Shown here: in pieces, positions 47,001 through 59,249 of the stretch
Position numbering within the stretch: position 1 is the stretch's first letter
Layout: the number at the start of each line of letters is the position of its first letter
NCBI GenBank assembly: GCA_964016885.1
Contig: OZ024740.1
Span: 71,114,001-71,178,000, forward strand
Reading direction: 5' to 3'
Length of the DNA stretch: 64,000 bases
Origin: Eledone cirrhosa
Taxonomy: Eukaryota
Position numbers and translations under genes: made by a program
The notes under the pieces: model-generated
Database searches by the model: none
What the model saw: only the letters and a program-made list of their open reading frames with translations
What the model was told of the DNA's origin: nothing

Positions 47001-48250
47001 GAATTCCAGGATTCTGGAGCCTTCCTCATTTCTAGTACCAAACCCATAGCCTCCATGGATTTCGTCGTAGCCGTCACAATGTTGTCCAACGTGACCGTTT
47101 AGGTCGCCTGCAATAATTATATAGTCACTGTCGGTTATTTGGGAGGTAGTGAGCATCAGTGTCTCATAGAATCTGTCTTTTATAGTGCTGGGCAGTCCGG
47201 ATTGGGGTGCGTACGCAGATATTACTGTCAACGTAGTTCTATTGAGGACAAGTCTTATTTTAATTATTCTGTCGTTCACTCTATTTACGTCTATTATCTT
47301 ATCTGCCCACTTTTCTGCTACCATGATTCCTACCCCACCCAGCCCATTGTCATTTCCCACCCAGAAAAGCTTATAGCATCGTTTTCTACCCACAATGAAT
47401 CTAGCAGATCCACCCCTCCACCTGGTCTCTTGAATACAACAAACATCGACCTCCTTACGTTCAAGCATTTCTACAACCTCGTTAGAACGACCCTTTAAGG
47501 TGCCTACATTCAAGGTACCAAATCTGAAGTTTTGGATTGCGTTTGGTGGGTGGGAGCGGTGGGGAGCGGGGGGAGATGGGGTTGTGTTAGCCATCCGCGG
47601 CCGAAATAAAGAGGCATGTTCGCATTCTCGTCCACGAGGTGTGTTTGTCTTTAACTTTGGCATTGTCGCTGAGCGTCCAGATTTTTCTCTCTTCAACTCT
47701 CCGGAACTCCGTAGTCCTTCCATCCTACATACCGAAGGCGACCAGGTAAGCGATAGTATAGGCCTCTGGCTTATGATTGGTCCACGTGATAATAATGGTG
47801 GTGCATGGGGGCGGGAGGGAGGGGTGTTGAGTTGTTAGCGAGAAGAATAGGTTTAAGTTAGATCCTAGTATTTAACGAACGTAAACAAAAATACAAGATT
47901 TGTTTAGTAAAATACGCCAAAAACTTCCGTATTTTACAATCAGGACAAAATACAAGAGATTTGTTTTGGAAAATACAGGAGGAAATAGGTTTGGAAGGAC
48001 TATGGAATAAGCGGGTGTTAGAAAGCTAAAAAAATGAGTACATTACATTTTACCATGAAAGAGAATCTGCCACAAATTGGCGAAAGTGAATTACTTTATC
48101 TTATATATGTATATGGATAGAGAGAGAGAGAGAGGGGGGGGGGGTGACCGCATGTTGTAGAGTGTGGTGGAGAAGATATTAGGGAGCGGGAATTAAGGGT
48201 TTGAAATAATAACAAATATATTTAAAATATTGTTAAGAGTTTGAAGTATC
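44097..48250 (-). mobile_element. Full-length RTE family A element with intact ORF (5' boundary approximate)
   Basis: ~500-bp 5' region, uninterrupted ORF, 3' UTR and (GAT)n tail, flanked by (TA)n on both sides. Confidence 0.93.
44493..47723 (-). CDS. Intact 1076-aa APE-RT(PHD) polyprotein
   Basis: APE and RT motifs are present with no stops. The PHD finger CAEC..CPKC..WVHKRC..FTCGRC lies at 45147-45278. Confidence 0.93.
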   Translation of the reverse strand: MEGLRSSGELKREKSGRSATMPKLKTNTPRGRECEHASLFRPRMANTTPSPPAPHRSHPPNAIQNFRFGTLNVGTLKGRSNEVVEMLERKEVDVCCIQETRWRGGSARFIVGRKRCYKLFWVGNDNGLGGVGIMVAEKWADKIIDVNRVNDRIIKIRLVLNRTTLTVISAYAPQSGLPSTIKDRFYETLMLTTSQITDSDYIIIAGDLNGHVGQHCDGYDEIHGGYGFGTRNEEGSRILEFCDANNLTICNTNFKKRDNHLITYRSGEHTSQVDYILTRRRDKVTVVNTKSLPHEECTSQHRLIINDLIVRTRRTRQQKRTTLRRKIWKLKDPTAKNKFQSILLDAFDSKEEQIESYKVEEQWEFLKANLLTATDEVCGWSRPVGRRRVTWWWNSKVEGSIKAKKQAWKVWRDGGSREDYQVARREGRRQVYFARREAEERKFKHVLQREDQKREVFRIARQCVKENSDIVGEKCVLNDDGVLAITDADKKVAWKCHYERLLNEENKWEKDSLPHIDPIEGPAVLVEGSIISKAIKDMKTGKVAGPSEIVAEMQKASGTVGHTMVTRIVNQVIQNGVVPKDWRSSIIVYCYKGKGDALDRSNYRGIKLIDQVMKVTEKVIAQLIRERIDLDEMQFGFVSGKSTTDALFIVRQLQEKYLAKSKPLYLAFVDLEKAFDRVPRSIIWWALRKLGVDEWLVRAIQAMYKETVSKVRINNEYSEEFSVKIGVHQGSVLSPLLFIIALQAITVEFKTGCPWELLYADDLMLIAESMAELEKKFQTWKHGLESKGLKINLAKTKVLVCKKENKAAVPSGKWPCAECRKGVGRNSILCPKCKVWVHKRCSGITGKLTKNIDFTCGRCSGAISSSKCPQNTSSFNCAEGSIEIVDSFRYLGDKISSGGGCSESTVARVRTGWKKFRELIPLLAAKGFSLKMKGRLYDACIRTAMLHGSETWALCAEDIRRLERNEACMLRWMCSSNIRERQSINELRKKLEIRGIRCCLLERRLRWYGHVMRMKDDSCITKCRAIKIDGSRGIGRPRKTWDELINSDLTHLHLTKTMSLDRDLWRYSVIEKTRLT

Positions 48251-48408
48251 AAATATATATATATATATATATACATATATATACATATATACATATATAT
48301 ATATACATATATATATACATATATATATACATATACATATATATATATACATATATATATATACATATATATATACATATACATATATACATATACATAT
48401 ATACATAT

Positions 48409-50243
48409 ATGCCCTAGATAGGAGTAACTATAGAGGCATTAAATTAATCGACCAGGTCATGAAGGTCACGGAAAAAGTAATAGCGCAACTAATCAGAGAG
48501 AGAATTGACCTAGATGAAATGCAGTTCGGGTTTGTGTCAGGCAAAAGTACCACAGACGCTCTTTTCATAGTACGACAACTACAGGAGAAGTACCTAGCTA
48601 AAGGTAAACCCCTCTACTTAGCTTTTGTCGACTTGGAGAAAGCCTTCGACAGAGTCCCCAGCTCCATTATCTGGTGGGCTCTTAGAAAACTAGGGGTTGA
48701 CGAATGGCTTGTGAGAGCTATACAAGCCATGTATAAAGAAACAGTCAGCAAGGTTAGAATTAACAACGAATATAGTGAAGAGTTTAGCGTAAAAGTTGGC
48801 GTCCATCAGGGCTCTGTTCTCAGCCCCCTACTATTTATTATTGCCCTTCAGGCTATAACAGAGGAGTTCAAGACCGGCTGCCCATGGGAACTCCTATACG
48901 CAGACGACCTGACACTCATAGCTGAATCAATGGCCGAGCTAGAGAAGAAATTCCAAACATGGAAGCACGGCCTAGAATCAAAAGGACTTAAAATTAACCT
49001 GGCTAAGACTAAAGTTCTAGTTTGTAAGAAAGAAAATAAGGCGGCGGTCCCTTCTGGGAAATGGTCATGCTCAGTGTGTAGGAAAGGCGTAGGTAGAAAC
49101 TCCATTTTATGTCCCAAATGCAAAGTATGGGTGCATAAAAGATGTAGTGGGATCACAGGTAAGCTAACTAAAAACATAGATTTTACATGTGGCCGGTGCT
49201 CTGGTGCAATAAGTAGCAGCAAGTGCCCACAAAATACTAGCTCTTTCAATTGCGCAGAGGGTTCTATAGAAATAGTGGACAGCTTCCGTTACCTGGGCGA
49301 TAAAATCAGCAGTGGGGGAGGGTGCTCTGAAAGTACAGTAGCTAGAGTCAGAACTGGTTGGAAAAAGTTCAGAGAGCTTATACCACTATTAGCTGCTAAA
49401 GGGTTCTCCCTAAAAATGAAAGGCAGGTTGTATGATGCCTGCATACGAACAGCAATGTTGCATGGCAGTGAGACCTGGGCATTGTGTGCAGAGGATATAC
49501 GCAGACTAGAGAGGAACGAAGCTTGCATGCTCCGCTGGATGTGTAACAGTAATATACGTGAACGGCAAAGCATAAACGAACTAAGGAAAAAAATTAGAAA
49601 TAAGAGGGATCAGATGTTGTTTACTCGAGAGAAGGCTACGTTGGTATGGACACGTGATGCGCATGAAAGTCGATAGCTGTATAACAAAGTGCAGGGCAAT
49701 AAAGATAGACGGTAGCCACGGAATAGGCAGACCTAGAAAAACCTGGGACGAGCTGATAAACTCCAACCTCACACACTTACACCTCTCCAAGACAATGTCA
49801 CTGGACCGAGACCTTTGGCGGTACTCAGTAACAGAGAAGACCCGCCTTACCTAAATACATAGTAAAACCTACTACAGCCAGTAGGCATCTCTAACAAAAT
49901 ACACCCCCGTCCCACCACCCCCACCCCATTCACACCACCCCGTTCTATGTAAAGTTATGTTGGTGCCGCGCCATCCAGGCCGAAACAAATGAGATCGTGT
50001 AGGTGTCACGACAAAAAAACACACAGTCCACGCTGTAATGTGGCCGTGTAGGCAACACGGTAAAAACCTCCCAGACCCACACTGTAAATGTGGTTGGTGT
50101 TAGGAAGGGCATCCAACTGTAGAAAACCTGCCAGACAGTCCTATGCGAGCAAGACAATCACTCTTGCCTCAAGTGGGAATACCCCCGTCCAAACCCATGC
50201 AAGCGTGGAACATGGACGTTAAACGTTGATGATGATGATGATG
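48409..50243 (+). mobile_element. 5'-truncated RTE family A copy (1-nt frameshift in A-run ~49590)
   Basis: ORFs 48459-49676 and 49654-49854 plus UTR and tail. Confidence 0.93.
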
Positions 50244-50333
50244 ACATATACATATATATATATATACATATACATATATATATACATATACATATATACA
50301 TATATATACATATACATATATATACATATACAT

Positions 50334-50436
<103 letters not shown>

Positions 50437-50887
50437 CATATATATATATATACATAAATATATTTATATACATATATATATATACAACGTGTAAAAGACA
50501 CAGCAAAAAGCACCCAGCACACACTGTAAATGTTGTTGACGCTAGGAAGGGCATCCAGCCGTAGAAAACCAGCCAGAAACAGTTCTATAGGAGCGAGACA
50601 CGGTCACCCAACCCAACTTGCCTCTAAATGGGGCAAACTCGTCTAACCCATGCTAGCGTAGAAGATGGACGTTAAATAATGACGGTGATGATGATGATAT
50701 ATATGTATGTATGTATATATCATCACCATTTTACGTCCATTCTTCCACGCTAGCATGGGTTAGATAGGTTATCCTGTTGTGGGCAATGCCAGGTCAGATG
50801 ACCATGTCTTGCTCTTACAGAACTAATTTTGGCTTGATTTCTACAGCTGGATGTCCTTCCTAACACCAACCTCATTTACAGTGTGTG

Positions 50888-50940
<53 letters not shown>

Positions 50941-50967
50941 CCTTTTTAATACAATATTTCGCTCCAG

Positions 50968-51074
50968 CTCAATATCTTGTGGACTTAGTGCTACCAATAA
51001 TGCTTTGTTCAGAAACTTCCTACCAAAGTGTATTAAAAGAAGTCAACACTCAGAAGTGATTTCCAGTGCATTGG
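50968..51074 (+). CDS. SLC5 exon f (107 bp, phase 2-1): SSISCGLSATNNALFRNFLPKCIKRSQHSEVISSAL
   Basis: tttcgctccag|...|gtaagt. Phase-compatible with exons e and g, and aligns to STVSSSINALAA. Confidence 0.8.
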
Positions 51075-51964
51075 GTAAGTTCATTTCCTTTTTCTAGTAT
51101 ATTGAGTGAGTTCATTTATTTTGTCATATTTTAGAATTCCTTTGTAGCTGTTTGCTTTAAAATCCAGCTTCATAGCATTCAAATGTAATATCTTCTTCTT
51201 CACCATTTATCCCCAGGTTAGCTCTGTTCAATTAGATCTTGCATCAAAGACATACTGTCTGTAGCCAACCCATCTACATTATCAAATGGGTACTTCCTTT
51301 TTTTTATAAGGGTGTAATTTAAGGGAGATTTGGCTGCTATTTCTATCAAATTTGATTAATGATGAAGAAGGTCACTTGTTGGTTCATTTGAATATATATT
51401 TGTTGTTTAGCCCTAAGTCAGCTCTGATTTAGAAAACACATATTCAAAGACATACCAATTTTAACCAGCTCATTAGAAACATTACATCAAGAACTACATA
51501 ACATTGTGTCCTCCCTTTTTATTTTAAACAATGAGGTGTGATTTGTGGGAGATTTGGATGCTATTTCTAACAGATTAAGCAACCACCTAGCGGATCAATT
51601 ATTGGATTGATTCAGATAAATATGAGTACTTCAGGTTTCCATCCCATCTGAGAGGTCAGTAGCTCTAAATAAGTACTAACTTAGTCTGTGATAACCCCTC
51701 AATTCCTTGCTAGTAGAGAGAATGGATGTTAAATGACAATGATGAGGATGATGAGTAGTTGCATCAGTGTAGATTGCCAGTGTAATGTTTAATAATTGTT
51801 TCTACTTTTGACACAAGGCCAGCAATTACCCAGTGCATTACTGGTACTTTATTTTATCGACCCCATAAGGATGAAAGGCAAAGTTAACCCCAGTGTTGGA
51901 AAGGGTAGATTGTCAGTGGAGTAAAATATGAGGAAGTGTAAATTGCCAGAGGAGTAAACTGTAG

Positions 51965-54110
51965 ATTGCCAGTGTAATATTTAATAGCTGAGTAAAGTAT
52001 GAACTGTTAATTGCCAGTGTAATATTTAATAGCTGAGTAAAGTATGAACTGTTAATTGCCAGTGTAATATTTAATAGCTGAGTAAAGTATGAACTGTTAA
52101 TTGCCAGTGTAATATTTAATAGCTGAGTAAAGTATGAACTGTTAATTGCCAGTGTAATATTTAATAGCTGAGTAAAGTATGAACTGTTAATTGCCAGTGT
52201 AATATTTAATAGCTGAGTAAAGTATGAACTGTTAATTGCCAGTGTAATATTTAATAGCTGAGTAAAGTATGAACTGTTAATTGCCAGTGTAATATTTAAT
52301 AGCTGAGTAAAGTATGAACTGTTAATTGCCAGTGTAATATTTAATAGCTGAGTAAAGTATGAACTGTTAATTGCCAGTGTAATATTTAATAGCTGAGTAA
52401 AGTATGAACTGTTAATTGCCAGTGTAATATTTAATAGCTGAGTAAAGTATGAACTGTTAATTGCCAGTGTAATATTTAATAGCTGAGTAAAGTATGAACT
52501 GTTAATTGCCAGTGTAATATTTAATAGCTGAGTAAAGTATGAACTGTTAATTGCCAGTGTAATATTTAATAGCTGAGTAAAGTATGAACTGTTAATTGCC
52601 AGTGTAATATTTAATAGCTGAGTAAAGTATGAACTGTTAATTGCCAGTGTAATATTTAATAGCTGAGTAAAGTATGAACTGTTAATTGCCAGTGTAATAT
52701 TTAATAGCTGAGTAAAGTATGAACTGTTAATTGCCAGTGTAATATTTAATAGCTGAGTAAAGTATGAACTGTTAATTGCCAGTGTAATATTTAATAGCTG
52801 AGTAAAGTATGAACTGTTAATTGCCAGTGTAATATTTAATAGCTGAGTAAAGTATGAACTGTTAATTGCCAGTGTAATATTTAATAGCTGAGTAAAGTAT
52901 GAACTGTTAATTGCCAGTGTAATATTTAATAGCTGAGTAAAGTATGAACTGTTAATTGCCAGTGTAATATTTAATAGCTGAGTAAAGTATGAACTGTTAA
53001 TTGCCAGTGTAATATTTAATAGCTGAGTAAAGTATGAACTGTTAATTGCCAGTGTAATATTTAATAGCTGAGTAAAGTATGAACTGTTAATTGCCAGTGT
53101 AATATTTAATAGCTGAGTAAAGTATGAACTGTTAATTGCCAGTGTAATATTTAATAGCTGAGTAAAGTATGAACTGTTAATTGCCAGTGTAATATTTAAT
53201 AGCTGAGTAAAGTATGAACTGTTAATTGCCAGTGTAATATTTAATAGCTGAGTAAAGTATGAACTGTTAATTGCCAGTGTAATATTTAATAGCTGAGTAA
53301 AGTATGAACTGTTAATTGCCAGTGTAATATTTAATAGCTGAGTAAAGTATGAACTGTTAATTGCCAGTGTAATATTTAATAGCTGAGTAAAGTATGAACT
53401 GTTAATTGCCAGTGTAATATTTAATAGCTGAGTAAAGTATGAACTGTTAATTGCCAGTGTAATATTTAATAGCTGAGTAAAGTATGAACTGTTAATTGCC
53501 AGTGTAATATTTAATAGCTGAGTAAAGTATGAACTGTTAATTGCCAGTGTAATATTTAATAGCTGAGTAAAGTATGAACTGTTAATTGCCAGTGTAATAT
53601 TTAATAGCTGAGTAAAGTATGAACTGTTAATTGCCAGTGTAATATTTAATAGCTGAGTAAAGTATGAACTGTTAATTGCCAGTGTAATATTTAATAGCTG
53701 AGTAAAGTATGAACTGTTAATTGCCAGTGTAATATTTAATAGCTGAGTAAAGTATGAACTGTTAATTGCCAGTGTAATATTTAATAGCTGAGTAAAGTAT
53801 GAACTGTTAATTGCCAGTGTAATATTTAATAGCTGAGTAAAGTATGAACTGTTAATTGCCAGTGTAATATTTAATAGCTGAGTAAAGTATGAAACTGTTA
53901 ATTGCCAGTGTAATATTTAATAGCTGAGTAAAGTATGAACTGTTAATTGCCAGTGTAATATTTAATAGCTGAGTAAAGTATGAACTGTTAATTGCCAGTG
54001 TAATATTTAATAGCTGAGTAAAGTATGAACTGTTAATTGCCAGTGTAATATTTAATAGCTGAGTAAAGTATGAACTGTTAATTGCCAGTGTAATATTTAA
54101 TAGTGGAGTA
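51965..54110. repeat. 45-bp tandem satellite, 47 complete units
   Basis: Unit attgccagtgtaatatttaatagctgagtaaagtatgaactgtta. Units look identical except for one with an extra A near 53893. Confidence 0.98.
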
Positions 54111-55578
54111 AAGTATAAGAAAGTGTAGATTGCCAGTGTAATATTCAATAGTGGAGTAAAGTATAAGTGTAGATTGCCAATGTAATATTTAAGAGTGGAT
54201 TAGGTTAGATGTATTGGCACTGTGTGTTGGTAAGGATAAATGCATATATATATACACACATATATGTACATATCATTATCATCATCATCATCATCATCAC
54301 CATTTAACGTCAATTTTTCCATGCTGGCATGGGTTAGACGTGTTATCCTGTTGTGACCAATGCCAAGTCAGGTGACCTGTCTTGCTCATACAGAACTGAT
54401 TTTGGCTTGGTTTCTACAGCTGGATGCCCTTCCTAGTGCCAACCTCATTTATAGTGAGTACTGGGTGCTTTTTGTCATGATGCCTACATGACCACATTAC
54501 AGTGTGGACAGGGTGCTTTTTGCTGTGACACCTACATGACCAGTTTACAGTGTATATATATGCACTATTGGATGGCTGTTGACTCTCCTGAGCTTCTCCT
54601 CCTTCCTGCCTACGAGTATCAGAGGCCCTGAAAAGGGCCATGGGTACTGCTCCTCACACCTTGTCTAAACTGTAAAAAAGACTGTTCATAGTTATTGTTA
54701 TCAAATCCACTCTTGGTGTGTATTATGGGTGGAGGTGGGGCGACAGAATTGAGTGAAGCAGAACTACACTGAGTGTTTCCATTGTAAGCTAAGATCATAA
54801 GAAGGATTTAGGCTCAGTATTTCAAGCTAATAAAGCTCTTTTTAAATTATATTGTGTTCTGGTTTATCTTGATTGGTTAACATAATCTGAAGCCAGGTAT
54901 AACACCACTTGGTCCCTGGGTGCATTTAGCTAATAATATTCTATTGTAAACATTGCTTTGAAAAGGGTCATAAACACTGCTCTTCCTCTTCTGACTAAGC
55001 TATATAAAAAAAAAAATGTTAATGACACTATAGATGGATAGAGCTTACCTACCCATAATACCTATTTAAGGTTTTGAAGAAAGAGTTAGTGAAAAGTTAA
55101 ATGTCTTAACTAACCATTGTCACCATGTTGTTCTGGTAATGGTGTGTGAACCATTAACACTTTAGACACTGGGCTGTTACCTTGTCAGCATGTCAAGTTG
55201 TAACTGTTTAGTATAATAATTATCTTATTCCATTTTATATGAGTTGCTGTTGAGACCTTCATGGTCCCTGGTCGCACAACTGTCATCCTCCTCTACCAAA
55301 TCAGGATGAAGTAATGGTACCTAAGCAAGGACCCAGCAAATATGCTGGCTGTTCTTTGTGGCATCTCTTTAGCTATCTTGTCCACAGGTTGTAACTGAGT
55401 CCTGATGATATAGCTGAGTCCACTGGGTGTAGCAGAGATATACTGTTCAACTGAGTGTAGACTTTGTTTTTGCTGCTTATAATTGACATTTTTTATAATT
55501 TATAATTTCATCATAGAAAAAAATTATTCTATCAATTATAATTTATTTGTTATATGAAATATTTTTTTTAAATTTCAG

Positions 55579-55646
55579 CTTTCTTTATTGGGATATTTTG
55601 TATTGTGCTGGCTGTTCTGATCCGGAACGAGCAAGGCATCTTAAAG
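55579..55646 (+). CDS. SLC5 exon g (68 bp, phase 1-0): AFFIGIFCIVLAVLIRNEQGILK
   Basis: aaatttcag|...|gtaagg. Hydrophobic TM segment, phase-compatible. Confidence 0.85.
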
Positions 55647-57531
55647 GTAAGGTTTTAACTGACAAAATAACAATTTTTTATTAATTCTTTTTCTAAATCT
55701 AATCCTAGAGTGGAACTCCATCGGTTTCAAATAATGAATGTTCCAGTTGTTCAATCAATGGAAATTAATGTGTAAGTAGCTTAGAATTCCACCAACACAA
55801 ATACCCTTAAAGTAATTCTCAGGGAGATTCAGAATGACATGGTGTGTGACAAGGCTGGCCCTTTGAATTACAAGCACAGTCCATACGACAGGCTTCCAAA
55901 CAGTTTCCATCTACCCAATTTTACTCACAAGGTACCAATCAACTCAAGGCTATAGTAAATGACACTTGTGCAAGATTCTACATAGTGGAATCAAACTCAG
56001 GACCTAATTATTGAAAAGCAAACGTCCTGCATTTTCACTAATGCTGAAATGACAAAGAAAGGTACATTAATAAAGTGCCGGACTACTACAGTTCAAATAT
56101 TCAAATCTTGCCTCTAATGCTTCTCAATAGCCATTGGCTAAAACATTTAACTCTCTCACTAGTTTAATCCATCATCATCATCATCATTTAACATCTGCTT
56201 TCCCTGCTAGCAAAGGTTGAACAGATCTTCACAGATCAAGGTAGTACTTAATCAGAACTACTGACATCTCAGACATGCTATGGCACATTTTATCATCACA
56301 CACAGCAGGGAAGTTGTCACATATTTGACACAGCTGAAGAATCCTCCCAACCTGAGCTGTACTACAGTTTAGCTCCAACTCGCAATTGTCGAAATACTAC
56401 ATTGTCTTGTTACTTTTCAGTAGTGAGTTCAAGCCCTAGCATGGATCTAGAAAACATTAAGGGAACTAACTTAAAAAAATAAGAATGGGAAAAATATCTA
56501 TATTATTTTTTTACTATTTTTTCATTGGACTGTCACCATGCTGGAGCACCACTCTCAAAGGTTTTGGTCAAATAAATTTACCTCGGGACATATTTCAGTC
56601 CAGTACTTATTTTATTCCTCTCTGTCTACCAAATACCTAAATTATCTTTAAACCCACTGTATCAGGACAATCCCCTACATCAACAGTTATGGGTCCATGT
56701 CATAAGTGTGTGTGTAAATATGTGTGTGTGTGTCAGTTTTTCTGTTTCTCTATAAAATCACACTCGTCTTAACCCATTACTCTATATATATATTATTGTA
56801 TTTTTGTGGTAAAGGCTTTATCTTACATAATATCGAATCTATGAGATTTTGATGTTATTTATTTTGAGAACAATAATTTAATGTCAGTATGAGCGGCTGG
56901 TTACAACCAGTTTGAACAGAAAAGGGTGAGAGAATTCTGACTGGATATGGCCGGTTTAAATGCTAAAAGGTTAAAATAAAGGAACAACACACTAGATAAT
57001 TGTTTCTACGTTTGGCACAAGGCCAGCAATTACCCAGTGTATTACTGGTACTTTATTTTATCGACCCCGTAAGGATGAAAGGCAAAATTAACCTCGGCGG
57101 GATTTGAACTCAGAATGGCAAGGGCCGTAACTCTATACGTCAAAGCATGGCGTCTGACCCTCTACCGATACTGCCAATCAACACTAGATAATGTTGTCCT
57201 ATATATATCATGCCTGAACACAAAATGTAATGGTCACAGTTGGAACACATTTCATCATAGGTTATCTTGAACAAGACTGTCAGCAACAACAACTAACACA
57301 AAGGATCACAACTGTATCCTTTACTGATTGCTTTAAGGAACTTGATGGCAGTGGCATCATCATTATCATCATCGTTACTACCACCACCACCATTAATGAT
57401 CTGAGCTTTTGCAACTAAAAGACAAGAAGAGAGAAGGAGAGGGAATAGATTTCTGTACAATTTCTTGAAATTTAGTGGATGTTTTTGCTAATATTTGTAC
57501 TATTTTTGCTTTTACTTTAATTTCTTTACAG

Positions 57532-57618
57532 GCATCTTTCTCTTTCTATGGTATATTTTGTTGTCCAATGTTTGGAGTACTTGTTTTGGGGATATTCTTC
57601 CCTTTTGTGCATGAATGG
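57532..57618 (+). CDS. SLC5 exon h (87 bp, phase 0-0): ASFSFYGIFCCPMFGVLVLGIFFPFVHEW
   Basis: tttctttacag|...|gtaagt. Aligns to [27 protein letters not shown] of SLC5A8-like proteins. Confidence 0.9.
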
Positions 57619-59249
57619 GTAAGTTTTAACATTTATACTTTCCAGTATACTTTGAAAATTATAAATGTATTTTGAAGGACTGCCCTTATGGCTAATTGAA
57701 ATACAGTGTAAATATGTATTATAAACAGTACTTGTAGATAAAGCTTATATAACCAATGGAGTAAATATTAGAAGGACTAAAGAAAAATATCCAAGGATAC
57801 AATCTGCATAGGTGTTTCTCCTTAGTCTTTTTAAGTTACTACACCATACAATATTTATTTACAATACACACATATGAACATCGGTTTGTCCTACATCTGG
57901 CTGTCCTACAATTTCAAAGTAGTATTACCTTTCTTGACCAGAATTTTTCAACGACTCTTTCATTCTGGTATGGATTAGACAGTTCTGTTTCAGTTCACCA
58001 TCCTGAGAACACACCTCACCAGATCTTTCAATGTCTTCTTCAGTTTCATCTTCATATGCAATGAACTTTATACAATAATAACTGCCACTAAAACCACTTC
58101 ATCCAGGAAATAAGAGAGGAGTAGTCTTAGGATCCAAGAAAGTATTGTGTGTGTTGGGGAGGTGAATATCTTTTAGCAGTGTATATCAGCAAAAGATGTA
58201 AGCATCAGCTAGAAAACCAGAAAAAAACTAACCAATGCTTTTAAGCAAAGTCCCATGTAATATTTATTCCACCTGAGTTCCACAGACAATCCCTTGTACC
58301 CTGCTCATAGCGGGGCCTGTTTTTTGGCTGGTATTTTACAGCTGCTGGATGCCTTTTCTAACGCCAACCACATTTACAGTGTGGGATTGGGTGGTCACAT
58401 TTATGAGGTTAGTCTGACCAGTTGGCCATGTCATACCTAGCTCATACTGGATCACGATTTTGGCTGCTCGATGTCTTTCTTAAACACCAACCACATTTAT
58501 TGTGTGGAACTAGGTGGACCTGTTTTGAGGTAGATCTAGCCAGTTGGCCACATTGTACCCTGCTCATAGCAGAACCTGTGTTTTGAGTAAGATTTTTACA
58601 GTTGGTGGATGCCTTTCCTAACACCAACCACATTTACAGAGTGGGGCTGGATAGTCACACATATAAGAGAAGTCTGGCCAGTTGGCTGAGCCATACCTTG
58701 CTCATATGGGACCATGTCTTAGCTAGGTTTTACAACTGCTGGGTGTCCTTCCTAGTACCAACCACATTTACAGTGTGGAATTGTATGTTCCCATTTTGGG
58801 GAGGGTTTTGGCAGTTGACCATGTCAGACTTTGCTCATATGGGACCGTGTTTTAGCTGGGTTTTTACAGCTGCTAGATGCCCTTCCTTACACCAACTACA
58901 TTTGCAGTGTGGGACTCAGTGGTCCCACTTATGAGGCTAATCAGGTATATTTATATATATATATTCTGTGATACTTGACCAGGAACACCACAAATCAAAG
59001 AAGTATTCGATATATGGTAAGATACAGAGTGAGTATATTAATGAAAGTAGAGGATCTACCGCAAAGTAACAACCCGAAACCGTTGATCTCGCGGCACATC
59101 TTCTATTTTCATTTATTATCATCATCATCATCATCACCGTTTTACGTCCCTTCTTCCACGCTAGCATGGGTTAGACGGGTTGTCCTGTTGTGGGCAGTGT
59201 CCAGTCGGCTGACCTTGTCTTGCTCATACGGGAGCAGACAATTATATAT

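Noticed and set aside
51965-54110. CRISPR-like regular array
   Set aside because: The units are contiguous and identical with no unique spacers, there are no cas genes, and the context is eukaryotic.
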